64,000 nucleotides of DNA from contig DAOMNQ010000004.1 in assembly GCA_035443945.1 (NCBI GenBank), positions 2,877 through 66,876 on the forward strand, written 5' to 3'. Of the stretch, positions 52,755-64,000 are shown one piece after another. Made by a program: the position numbers and the translations under genes. The notes under the pieces are model-generated. The model did not search any database. It was not told where the DNA came from and saw only the letters and a program-made list of their open reading frames with translations. The DNA is from Phycisphaerales bacterium. Its GTDB lineage: Bacteria; Planctomycetota; Phycisphaerae; Phycisphaerales; UBA1924. Every line of letters starts with the position of its first letter. Positions within the stretch are counted from its first letter, which is position 1.

Positions 52755-53489
52755 ATGATCCGGTGCGTCGGCGTCCACAAGGCGTACCAGACCGGGACGC
52801 AGCGCGTCGAGGCCCTGCGCGGCGTCGATCTGCACGTCCCCGAACCCGGCTTCTACGCCATCATGGGGCAGTCCGGCAGCGGCAAGAGCACGCTCCTCCA
52901 TCTCCTGGGCGCGCTCGACCGGCCCGATGCCGGGGAGGTCTGGCACGGCGAGCGAGCGCTGCACACCCTCGGCGAACGGGCCGCGACGGAGTTCCGGCGG
53001 CGGGGCATCGGCATCGTCTTCCAGCAGTTCAACCTCATCCCGACGCTGACGGCCCGCGAGAACGTCGAGTTGCCCGGCTTGCTGGCGGGGGAGCCGGCGC
53101 GGTCACTCGCGCGGCGCAGCACGGAACTGCTCGCTGAACTGGGCGTGGCGCACCTTGCCGAGCGCCGCCCCGATGCCATCTCCGGCGGTGAGCAGCAGCG
53201 TGTTGCGATCGCCCGGGCGCTGCTCTTCTCACCGCCCGTGCTGCTGGCGGACGAGCCGACCGGTGCGCTCGACTCCGCCAACGCAGACCGGCTCTGGGGG
53301 CTGCTCGCCTCGCTCGCGTCTCAGCGGTCGATGACGGTCGTGATGGTGACCCACGAGCCGGCCGCGGCGACGCACTGCCGGCGTGTGTACGTTCTCCGCG
53401 ACGGGCGGGTCGAGGGGGAGATCGATACGGAGGGACTCGATGCGTCCGGCGTGGCGGCTCGCTACCAGCAGTTTGTCCGGGCGGCGTAG
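52755..53489 (+). CDS. ABC transporter ATP-binding protein (MacB/LolD/FtsE-type)
   Basis: GQSGSGKSTLLHLLGALDRP, Q-loop FQQFNL, signature ISGGEQQRVAIARAL, Walker B LLADEPTGALD and H-loop VTHE. Confidence 0.9.
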   Translation: MIRCVGVHKAYQTGTQRVEALRGVDLHVPEPGFYAIMGQSGSGKSTLLHLLGALDRPDAGEVWHGERALHTLGERAATEFRRRGIGIVFQQFNLIPTLTARENVELPGLLAGEPARSLARRSTELLAELGVAHLAERRPDAISGGEQQRVAIARALLFSPPVLLADEPTGALDSANADRLWGLLASLASQRSMTVVMVTHEPAAATHCRRVYVLRDGRVEGEIDTEGLDASGVAARYQQFVRAA

Positions 53490-56187
53490 GCGTACGGCGC
53501 TCCTTGTCGCCGCCGTCGCCCTCTCGGCCGCGCTCATCGCCGCGGTTTCCTGCGCGATGGCCTCGATCAACGAGTCGGTGCGCATGCGCCTCGACGCAGC
53601 CGTGGGGCGCGCCGACCTTCAGATTCGACCTACCGGGACGGGCCAGACCTTCGATGCCGCGCTCCTGGATGCGGTGCGCTCGTGGCCGGAGACGAAGGCG
53701 GCAGCCGGGCGCTTGCAGGACACGGTCTCGATCGTCTTTGCGACGCCGTTCCTGGCGAGTGCGAACGACGGACACGCAGCAGCGACGCTCACGCTCAGAG
53801 CCTCCGCCCTCGCCCTGGGCGTATCGTTCGAGGACGAGCGGCCGGTCCGCCCGGTCACCATCCTCGCGGGGCGAGAGCCGCGTCACTCCGGCGAGATCGT
53901 CATCGACGCCGCGCTCGCGGAGCGGCTGTCCTGGCTGGCCGCGCGGGATGCCGAAGCCTCGCTGGGCGGATTCGCACTGGTGGCAGGTCCCGGGGTGTGG
54001 GAGGTGCCTGCGCCCGTAGTCCCCGATCGCGCGGGCGACGCGCGAGAGGCGGAGGAGATCAACCGGCGCGTAGGCGTGCGCATCGGCGACGAGGTCGAGA
54101 TCGTGCGTCTGCTGCGCCGACCTGTCCGCCTCACCGTCGTCGGCATCGCCGCCCAGCCGCCGCTCGGCGGGCGACCGCAGGCCTACATGACGCTCGACGG
54201 CCTCGCCTCCATCACCGGCAGCGCGGGCAGGCTGGGCGAGATCGACGCCGTGCTGCGCGAGCCGGACCGCGCGGAAGAGATCGTCGAGGCACGCCGTTCC
54301 GAGATGCCGCGCGGCCTCGTCCTCCAGACCAGCGCCCGAGTCACCTCCGGCGTCGAGCGCAGCGTCGCCTCCACGCAACTCGGCCTCGCCCTCGCCACGT
54401 TCCTCGCGTTCCTCACCGCGACGTTCATCACTTTCACCGGCATGATGACCGACGCCGTCGAACGCGAACGAGAACTCGCCGTTCTGCGCTGCATAGGCGC
54501 CTCGCGGGGTCAGCTCGGCGGGGCGCAGTTGCTCGTCGGGGTGATCGTCGGCGGCCTCGGCGGACTGATCGGCGTCCCGCTTGGGCTGCTGGTCGCGGGC
54601 TCGCTTGTCGCCGCGTTCCCCGAGCAGGTGCCCGCCGGCCCGCGCGTGCAGCCGCTCGGTGTATGGCTCGCTTTCACCGGGGCGTTGGCGAGCGGCGTGG
54701 CAGGCGCGCTCGCCCCCGCATGGCGAGCCTCGCGCACCAGCCCGCTCCGCGCCCTCGCCGCGCGCGCGCGCCAACCCACACGGCGATCCGTCGTGGCCGT
54801 CACGATCGCCGGGCTGATCGGCGTCGCCACGCATGCCGTCGTGATCGGCACGCCTGACGACGGCCAGACCGCCTTTTGGCTGTATGTCACGCTCGGTCTG
54901 CCCGCCATGCTCACGGGCTACTTCCTCCTCGGTGTCTCGGCGGTGCTGCTCGTGTCGGCCGCGTGTGGCCCCGCGGTCTCCGGCGCGCTGGGTCTGCCGC
55001 GCCGGCTCCTGGGGCGGACTGTGCGCGCCACACCTTTCCGCTACGGCTTCACAGCGGGTGCGATGATGGCCGGCCTCGCCCTGATGGTCGCGCTGTGGAC
55101 GCAGGGCGGCGCGGTCCTCCGCGACTGGTTCGGCAAACTCAGGTTCCCCGACGCCTTCGTGACCGGCCTCGCCCTCACCGACGAGAGCGTCCGCGCCCTC
55201 GACGCTCTCCCCTTCGTCACCAACACCTGCGCCATCACACTCCACCCCGTCGACACCGACGCCTTCGGCGTGCGTGCCCTGCAACGCTACCGCACCACCT
55301 TCATCGCCTTCGAGCCTGAGCCGTTCTTCCGCATGTCCAACCTCACCTGGGTCGAGGGCGACCCCGCCACGGCCCAACGACGCCTCGAAGAAGGCGGCGC
55401 GGTGATCGTCGCCCGCGAGTTCAAGGTCGCCCAGGGCATGGGCGTCGGCGACCTCTTTCGCTGCGAGGACAACGGCGTCCAGCACGAGTTCGAGATCGTC
55501 GGCGTCGTCACCAGCCCCGGACTCGACGTCGTCAGCAAGTTCTTCAACGTCGGCGACGAGTACCTCCAGCAGGCTGTGCACGCGGTGTTCGGCAGCCGGC
55601 GCGACCTGCGCGATCGCTTCGGCTCCGACGCGATCAACATGATCCAGATCGACCTGGCCGACAACGCCGACGACGCCGAGGCCATCCGCACCATCCGGCG
55701 CGAACTCTTCGCTGCGGGCATCCTCGACGCGGGCAGCGGGCGGATGATCCGCCGCGAGATCGAGGAGTTCATCCGCGGCACGCTGCTCGCCGTGAGCGTG
55801 CTCGCGGTCCTCAGCATGTTCATCGCCTGCTTCGGCGTGGCGAACGTGATCGTCGCGGGCGTGGAGGCTCGCCAGTTCGAGTTCGGCGTGCTGCGGGCCG
55901 TCGGCGCGCAGCGCGGCCTTCTGCTCCGACTCATCGTCGGGGAGGCACTCCTCATCGCTCTCGCCGCGTGCATGCTCGGAACCCTCATGGGCATGCAGGG
56001 CGCGTGGGGCGGCACACGCCTGAACGCCCTGCTCCTCGGCCTTTCGCTCACGCCCCGCCCGCCCCTCCTGCCCATCGCCGCAGGGTGGGGGTTCGTGCTG
56101 GTGATGTGCCTCGGGGCTGCCGCGCCGTCGATCACACGCCTGAACCGGCAACGGCCTCGGGAGTTGCTGGCCGCGGTGCGTGGCTGA
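53440..56187 (+). CDS. ABC transporter permease with two FtsX-like (MacB-type) modules
   Basis: About 915 aa. N-terminal TM MRPAWRLATSSLSGRRRRTALLVAAVALSAALIAAV, a large extracytoplasmic domain, then a 3-TM FtsX block (ERERELAVLRCIGASRGQL). This is repeated in the second half (RQFEFGVLRAVGAQRGLL). It overlaps the ATPase gene by 50 nt. Confidence 0.8.
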   Translation: MRPAWRLATSSLSGRRRRTALLVAAVALSAALIAAVSCAMASINESVRMRLDAAVGRADLQIRPTGTGQTFDAALLDAVRSWPETKAAAGRLQDTVSIVFATPFLASANDGHAAATLTLRASALALGVSFEDERPVRPVTILAGREPRHSGEIVIDAALAERLSWLAARDAEASLGGFALVAGPGVWEVPAPVVPDRAGDAREAEEINRRVGVRIGDEVEIVRLLRRPVRLTVVGIAAQPPLGGRPQAYMTLDGLASITGSAGRLGEIDAVLREPDRAEEIVEARRSEMPRGLVLQTSARVTSGVERSVASTQLGLALATFLAFLTATFITFTGMMTDAVERERELAVLRCIGASRGQLGGAQLLVGVIVGGLGGLIGVPLGLLVAGSLVAAFPEQVPAGPRVQPLGVWLAFTGALASGVAGALAPAWRASRTSPLRALAARARQPTRRSVVAVTIAGLIGVATHAVVIGTPDDGQTAFWLYVTLGLPAMLTGYFLLGVSAVLLVSAACGPAVSGALGLPRRLLGRTVRATPFRYGFTAGAMMAGLALMVALWTQGGAVLRDWFGKLRFPDAFVTGLALTDESVRALDALPFVTNTCAITLHPVDTDAFGVRALQRYRTTFIAFEPEPFFRMSNLTWVEGDPATAQRRLEEGGAVIVAREFKVAQGMGVGDLFRCEDNGVQHEFEIVGVVTSPGLDVVSKFFNVGDEYLQQAVHAVFGSRRDLRDRFGSDAINMIQIDLADNADDAEAIRTIRRELFAAGILDAGSGRMIRREIEEFIRGTLLAVSVLAVLSMFIACFGVANVIVAGVEARQFEFGVLRAVGAQRGLLLRLIVGEALLIALAACMLGTLMGMQGAWGGTRLNALLLGLSLTPRPPLLPIAAGWGFVLVMCLGAAAPSITRLNRQRPRELLAAVRG

Positions 56188-56217
56188 TGCAGCAACCACG
56201 GGCGGGTATGCTGCCTT

Positions 56218-57255
56218 ATGATGCCACGCTCACCGGTTGACGATCGCGGCGTGCCGTACCAGCCGGTCGCCCTGGCGGAACTTGCCCTCCGGGCCGATTC
56301 GCAGGCGGAGCGCGATGCGGCACGCAACCTGCAACGGGATTTGAAGCGAGTGCGCGACGAAGCCTCGCGCCGATGGTCGATGCATCGATTCCTGCTCGCG
56401 GCACCCGCCACGCTCGTCGTTCTGGTGGTTGTCTTCCCTACGCTGCTCTGGTTGTTCGGTGGTCGTGTCGGTTTGATCGGCGGCGTGCTCGCCGCGCTGG
56501 TCGCGTTCGCTGTGACGCAGCAAATCGAACGATCGCTGGCCATGCGCAGAATCCAGCGGGGGATCGGGGCAACGCTCTCGGCGCACGGTTTCTGCGCACG
56601 GTGCGGCTACACACTCCGGGGGCTTGAACGGCAGGCCGACGGCACAGCCATCTGCTCCGAGTGCGGCACGGCGTGGTCTGTCTCCCGTGTTACCCGCCCT
56701 CACTGGGAAGGCACACAGCCACCCCTGACGGAGAAACCGCCGGTTGTCCTCCGGGTGTTGCTGCTCAATCCGCCGATCGTCAACGACGACCGCGGAGTCC
56801 TCGTTCGGCGGACCGATACCTGGTTGATCGGCGTCGGAAGGTCGCGTCGACAATCGCTCGGGGAGGATCGCATTCGGTCACTCCGGCACGCACTGCGGGT
56901 CGAAGGGCGTTGGATCCGCTGGCCCCTCACCGCAGTACTCGGCGCATCGACGCTCTCGGCTTTGTTCCAGTTCACCAGGATCGGGAGTCTCGAAGGCGCT
57001 GACTGGATCATCGCGGTCGTTGGCATCGTCGCACTGTCGCTCGCGCTCGGTCTCGGCACGTTCAGCACCCTGACCGGCGAACTCGGCATCACACCGCGAC
57101 GGTTCGGGGCCGCGACCACAGAACGCGGCCTCTGCGCAGCATGCCTCGGCGAACTCCGACCCCCGGACCCAGAGGGCTACCGCGTCTGCATCGCCTGCGG
57201 CGCAACCTGGCAGGCGCCGACCGAGCCGGGGCAGCGCAGGCATCCCCCCGCGTAG
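56218..57255 (+). CDS. hypothetical membrane protein with two CxxC-N-CxxC zinc-ribbon motifs
   Basis: FCARCGYTLRGLERQADGTAICSECGTAW and LCAACLGELRPPDPEGYRVCIACGATW, separated by and preceded by TM helices (FLLAAPATLVVLVVVFPTLLWLF, LIGGVLAALVAFAV, WIIAVVGIVALSLALGLGTF). I do not recognise any family. Confidence 0.5.
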   Translation: MMPRSPVDDRGVPYQPVALAELALRADSQAERDAARNLQRDLKRVRDEASRRWSMHRFLLAAPATLVVLVVVFPTLLWLFGGRVGLIGGVLAALVAFAVTQQIERSLAMRRIQRGIGATLSAHGFCARCGYTLRGLERQADGTAICSECGTAWSVSRVTRPHWEGTQPPLTEKPPVVLRVLLLNPPIVNDDRGVLVRRTDTWLIGVGRSRRQSLGEDRIRSLRHALRVEGRWIRWPLTAVLGASTLSALFQFTRIGSLEGADWIIAVVGIVALSLALGLGTFSTLTGELGITPRRFGAATTERGLCAACLGELRPPDPEGYRVCIACGATWQAPTEPGQRRHPPA

Positions 57256-57263
57256 AATGTCGC

Positions 57264-59552
57264 ATGACCGCGCCCGCCGGCTTCGAACTCGTCAGCGATT
57301 TCGCGCCGACGGGCGATCAGCCCGGCGCGATCGAGGGCGTCTGCCGCGACCTCCGCGCCGGCTCGCGCCACGTCTGCCTGCTCGGCGCGACCGGCACCGG
57401 CAAGACCTTCACCATGGCGAACGTCATCGCTGCGCTTCAACGACCCACGCTCATCATCAGCCACAACAAGACCCTCGCGGCGCAGTTGTACGAGGAACTG
57501 CGCCAGTTTTTCCCCCGCAACAGCGTAAACTATTTCGTCTCGTACTACGACTTCTACCAGCCCGAGGCCTACATCCCCGCCCGCGACATCTACATCGAGA
57601 AGGACGCCAGCCGCAACGACGACCTCGACATGCTGCGCCTGGCCGCCACCAGCAGCATCCTCAGCCGGCGCGACACCATCGTCGTCGCGTCGGTCTCCTG
57701 CATCTTCGGCCTTGGGTCGCCCGAGGCGTACGCGCAGCGGGTGCTGACGATCACCCGCGGCAGCCGCATCAACCGGCGCGACTTCTTCCTCGCCCTCAAC
57801 GCCATGCAGTACCAGCGCGTCGACGTCGAGTTCAAACGCGGCTCGTACCGCGTCCGAGGCGACGCCGTCGAGGTCTGGCCCGCCTACGAGCGCTTCGCCG
57901 TCCGCGTCGAACTCTTCGGCGACGAGATCGACCGCGTGGACCTGATCGACCCGACCGGCGGCGAACTGCTCGCCCAGGAGCGGCAGTTCTTCCTGTATCC
58001 CGCCGTTCACTATGTGATGCCCGAGGAGGAGATCAAGCCCATCCTCGACTCGATCCGGGCCGACCTCGACGACCGCGTGCTCGAACTGCGTTCGCAGGGC
58101 AGACTCCTCGAAGCCCAGCGCCTGCTCGCCCGCACCAAGTACGACCTCGAGATGATCGAGGAGGTCGGCTATTGCTCCGGCATCGAGAACTACTCCCGCT
58201 ACTTCGACGGCCGCGCCCCCGGCGAGCGCCCGTTCACGCTGCTCGACTACTTCGAGCGGGCACCGCGGCGGGATGGAGAGTGGCGAAGTGGCAAAGCGGC
58301 AGAGTGGCAAAGCGATACCGCGAACATCGCCGCCGAGCCCCACTCCGCCACTCTGCCACCCTGCCACTCTGCCACTTCTGCTTCAAGCGACTGGCTCCTC
58401 ATCATCGACGAATCGCACGTTACCGTCCCGCAGGTGCGGGCGATGTTCAATGGCGACCGCGCCCGCAAGGAAGTGCTCGTCGAGCACGGTTTCCGCCTTC
58501 CCGCCGCCCTCGACAACCGTCCGCTGCGGTTCGAGGAGTTCGAGTCGATGATTCCCCAGGTCGTGTTCGTCAGCGCGACGCCGGGGCCGTACGAACTCGG
58601 CCTGACCGGCGGCGCGGTGCACGAGCAGGTCATCCGCCCGACCGGCCTGCTCGACCCCGAGATCGAGGTCCGCCCCGCCTCGAACCAGGTGCAGGACCTG
58701 CTCGGACGCTGCCGCGAGCGTGCCGCCTCGGGGGAGCGTGTGCTCATCACCGCCCTCACCAAGCGCCTCTGCGAGGACCTCACGGGCTACCTCGACCAGC
58801 AGGGCCTGCGCGTGCGCTACCTGCACAGCGAGATCGACACGCTCGAGCGTGTGGGCATCCTCACCGACCTGCGGCTGGGCGAGTTCGACGTGCTCGTCGG
58901 CGTGAACCTGCTGCGCGAGGGCTTGGACCTGCCCGAGGTCTCGCTCGTGTGCATCCTTGACGCCGACAAGGAGGGCTTCCTCCGCTCAGCCACGAGCCTC
59001 ATCCAGCAGATGGGCCGCGCCGCCCGCAACGTGAACGCGAAGGTCGTTATGTACGCCGACTCCGTTACACCCGCCATGCAGGCCGCCATCGACGAGACCG
59101 AACGCCGCCGCGCCAGGCAGATCGCCTTCAACCGCGAACACGGCGTCACTCCGACCACCATCCGCAAGGCCATCCGCCGCGGGCTGGAGAGCGAACTCAA
59201 GGCGAGGCGCACGGCCCGCGAGGCCGCCCTCACCAGCGAGCGGCCCCTCGACGCCGCCACGCTGCTCGCCGAGATCGAAGGCGAGATGCGCGAAGCGGCC
59301 GAGTCGCTGAACTTCGAGCGCGCCGCCGAACTGCGCGACCAGGCCGCCACCGTGCGACGACTCATCGAGGAGCACGGCGGGCACGCCCCGGGACTGCCGA
59401 CCGGCGACGGACCGGACGAACCGCTTCTGCTCCGACGCGCCGAGGTCGAGGAAGCCCTGCGGGCGAAGGGCGGCACGCGACGGCGCAAGCCCGGCATGGC
59501 CGGCGTGCACCCGCGCGCGAAGGAACGCCGCACGCGCCGCAAGCCCCGCTGA
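57264..59552 (+). CDS. uvrB: excinuclease ABC subunit B (carrying a 44-codon in-frame insertion)
   Basis: FELVSDFAPTGDQPGAI, GATGTGKTFTMANVI, FVSYYDFYQPEAYIP, IIDESHVTVPQ, GFRLPAALDNRPL, DADKEGFLRS and the UVR domain LNFERAAELRDQ. Compared with my memory of E. coli UvrB (FDYLPADGLLVVDESH), there is extra sequence between YFE and DWLLIIDESH. Confidence 0.93.
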   Translation: MTAPAGFELVSDFAPTGDQPGAIEGVCRDLRAGSRHVCLLGATGTGKTFTMANVIAALQRPTLIISHNKTLAAQLYEELRQFFPRNSVNYFVSYYDFYQPEAYIPARDIYIEKDASRNDDLDMLRLAATSSILSRRDTIVVASVSCIFGLGSPEAYAQRVLTITRGSRINRRDFFLALNAMQYQRVDVEFKRGSYRVRGDAVEVWPAYERFAVRVELFGDEIDRVDLIDPTGGELLAQERQFFLYPAVHYVMPEEEIKPILDSIRADLDDRVLELRSQGRLLEAQRLLARTKYDLEMIEEVGYCSGIENYSRYFDGRAPGERPFTLLDYFERAPRRDGEWRSGKAAEWQSDTANIAAEPHSATLPPCHSATSASSDWLLIIDESHVTVPQVRAMFNGDRARKEVLVEHGFRLPAALDNRPLRFEEFESMIPQVVFVSATPGPYELGLTGGAVHEQVIRPTGLLDPEIEVRPASNQVQDLLGRCRERAASGERVLITALTKRLCEDLTGYLDQQGLRVRYLHSEIDTLERVGILTDLRLGEFDVLVGVNLLREGLDLPEVSLVCILDADKEGFLRSATSLIQQMGRAARNVNAKVVMYADSVTPAMQAAIDETERRRARQIAFNREHGVTPTTIRKAIRRGLESELKARRTAREAALTSERPLDAATLLAEIEGEMREAAESLNFERAAELRDQAATVRRLIEEHGGHAPGLPTGDGPDEPLLLRRAEVEEALRAKGGTRRRKPGMAGVHPRAKERRTRRKPR
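58275..58381. repeat. palindromic element inside uvrB: five GCAGAGTG-type octamers, 26-nt loop, five complementary CACTCTGC-type octamers
   Basis: 5' arm 58275-58314: GGAGAGTG GCGAAGTG GCAAAGCG GCAGAGTG GCAAAGCG. Loop ATACCGCGAACATCGCCGCCGAGCCC. 3' arm 58341-58381: CACTCCGC CACTCTGC CACCCTGC CACTCTGC CACTTCTGC. About 30 of 40 positions are complementary by hand alignment. Confidence 0.85.
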
Positions 59553-59571
59553 CCCGCACCTACCATCGACC

Positions 59572-59754
59572 GTGAACCCCGTCGCACCGCGAACTCCGCC
59601 CCCTCGACGCAAGGCCGAGTTCCCGCGCCGCCTCGGTCTGTACCTGCTCGGCGTGGCGATCGGCCTCCTCATGCTGGGGTTGATCCAGCGTGCCAAGAAG
59701 GCCGCGACATCGCCCCAGCCTCAGCCACCCACCCCCGCAGAGACCAGCCCGTAA
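59572..59754 (+). CDS. small hypothetical single-pass membrane protein
   Basis: GTG start. 60 aa with a basic N-terminus, one TM helice (LGLYLLGVAIGLLMLGLI) and a Pro/Gln-rich tail. It fills the uvrB-uvrA gap on the same strand. There is no other support. Confidence 0.3.
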   Translation: MNPVAPRTPPPRRKAEFPRRLGLYLLGVAIGLLMLGLIQRAKKAATSPQPQPPTPAETSP

Positions 59755-59792
59755 CGCGGACGACCTACGATCGCATCCACGGAGGGAGACGG

Positions 59793-62906
<3,114 letters not shown>

Positions 62907-62946
62907 GCGGCGCGTCGGCTGCCTGCTCGCCCTATCATTCCCGCGC

Positions 62947-63348
62947 ATGAGCCGCGAACCCGATCAACGGGACAGCATCTTCATCATCGGGCCCGGCGTC
63001 GATCCCGCTCGGCTCTCCGATGAGCCGTGCTGCGCCGACCCGCGGGCCTACTCCGCCGCGGGGGACGAGGAGCACAACCGCCGCGAAGGACGCCGGCTGG
63101 TGCTCCGCCTCATCGTCGCCTTCGCTCTCGTGATCACACTCGGCTTCGTCTGCTTCGTCGTGCTGCCCGGCTTCGGCGTCCACCTGCCGCCGGTCGTGCC
63201 GCTGGTGGCCTTCGCGGCCATCGTTGTCGGCTCGCTCCTGACCGCGAAGGCCGAGGGCCACTTCCCTCCCCCGCAGCGCAGGAAGGAAGACGAAGGCCGC
63301 CCCATCGGCTGCTGCCCCGGCCCGCGCCCGCCGCGCAGCCTGCGGTAG
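62947..63348 (+). CDS. hypothetical membrane protein
   Basis: 133 aa with two TM helices (LVLRLIVAFALVITLGFVCFVVL, PVVPLVAFAAIVVGSLL). Same strand, immediately after uvrA. No family recognised. Confidence 0.4.
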   Translation: MSREPDQRDSIFIIGPGVDPARLSDEPCCADPRAYSAAGDEEHNRREGRRLVLRLIVAFALVITLGFVCFVVLPGFGVHLPPVVPLVAFAAIVVGSLLTAKAEGHFPPPQRRKEDEGRPIGCCPGPRPPRSLR

Positions 63349-63365
63349 CCGGCCGCTGTCGCCGC

Positions 63366-64000
63366 CTACGCCCCCACCCCAGTCCTCTCCTTCTCCGCGC
63401 GTCGGCGCTTCAGTTCCGAGTCGACGAACGGCTCCAGGTACCCCTGTAGCACCTTCTCGTAGTTGCTCTCTTCGTACCCGGTGCGGTGGTCCTTCACGCG
63501 GTTGTCGTAGAAGACGTAACTGCGGATCTGCGTCCCCCAGCCGCGGCCCATCTCGGCCCCCTTGGCCTCGGCCAGTTCGCGCTCGCGCTTCTCCTCCTCC
63601 AACTGCTCGAGTTTCGCCGTCAGCAGCGTCATCGCCTGGTGCTTGTTCTGCGGCTGGTCGCGGTAGGTGCTCGCCACCACCATGATGCCGGTCGGCTTGT
63701 GGACGATCCGGCACGCCGACGCCACCTTGTTCACGTTCTGCCCACCAGGCCCGCTCGAACGCGCGAAGTACGTGATCTCCAGTTCCTTGTCCGGGATCTC
63801 CAGCGCGACGTCCTCGAACTCCGGCGTGACATCCACGCTGGCGAAACTCGTCTGCCGCTTCCCCTGCGAGTTGAACGGCGACACGCGCGCCAGCCGGTGC
63901 GTGCCGCGTTCGCAACTCAGGTACCCGAAGGCGTACGGCCCCTTGACGTGCAGCGTCACGTGGTCGATGCCCACCTCCGTGCCGAACGTCTTGGAGATCT
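63366..64000 (-). CDS. prfB: peptide chain release factor 2, C-terminal ~210 codons (5' end outside window)
   Basis: RVSPFNSQGKRQTSFASV (the SPF tripeptide of RF2), SGPGGQNVNKV (GGQ), RIVHKPTGIMV and IRSYVF. The frame stays open upstream of the track's GTG to position 64000 (...ISKTFGTEVGIDH). Confidence 0.9.
   Translation of the reverse strand, partial: ISKTFGTEVGIDHVTLHVKGPYAFGYLSCERGTHRLARVSPFNSQGKRQTSFASVDVTPEFEDVALEIPDKELEITYFARSSGPGGQNVNKVASACRIVHKPTGIMVVASTYRDQPQNKHQAMTLLTAKLEQLEEEKRERELAEAKGAEMGRGWGTQIRSYVFYDNRVKDHRTGYEESNYEKVLQGYLEPFVDSELKRRRAEKERTGVGA

Noticed and set aside
53035-56199. 1054-aa ORF on the minus strand
   Set aside because: It is antisense to the ABC ATPase and double-FtsX permease genes. 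The composition is low-complexity and Arg/Gly/Glu/Asp-rich, with no recognisable domain. Shadow ORF.
63366-64000. Programmed +1 frameshift site of prfB
   Set aside because: Only the C-terminal ~210 codons are in the window. The frameshift site (around codon 25) would lie beyond position 64000 and cannot be assessed.

Overview
High-GC chromosomal segment on which I call 54 protein-coding genes (many more shadow ORFs are rejected) and 2 tRNAs. I found no rRNA, CRISPR array, transposase, integrase or phage genes. Gene content points to a Planctomycetota (Phycisphaerae-like) bacterium: a DUF1559 pseudopilin, a PEP-CTERM protein, GC-type dockerin tails and a type III glutamine synthetase. All calls come from reading the ORF translations and the DNA by eye, using motif memory only; no searches were run.

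Most of the window is housekeeping:
- pdhABC
- hutGI
- map
- trpA
- glnN
- cmk-plsC
- gcvH
- uvrB and uvrA
- prfB (partial)
- transporters and peptidases

Observations that stand out:
1. The pdh operon is interrupted at both intercistronic junctions. A lower-GC DUF4258/DUF2283 toxin-antitoxin-like pair sits between pdhA and pdhB. A four-helix-bundle (23S-rRNA-IVS-protein family) gene sits between pdhB and pdhC.
2. That four-helix-bundle gene is bracketed by inverted arms, each made of five tandem GCAGAG-NN octamers. A second, gene-less copy of the same architecture (5 octamers, short loop, 5 complementary octamers) is inserted in frame inside uvrB, just before the DESH box. Together they look like an undescribed family of helix-closed, possibly mobile or RNA-processed cassettes.
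3. A pseudopilin, HAMP histidine kinase and NtrC-type regulator operon is translationally coupled to a secreted dockerin-tailed protein. It is followed by a near-consensus sigma-54 (-24/-12) promoter in front of an FG-GAP/dockerin gene. The activator carries GAFNDA instead of the canonical GAFTGA loop.
4. A sugar-utilisation cluster (GH172/DUF2961, 2 ABC permeases, binding protein, GH2, BtpA) has no ATPase gene and has a PEP-CTERM gene embedded in it.

Several palindromes in divergent promoter regions and one long unexplained intergenic region are also listed.
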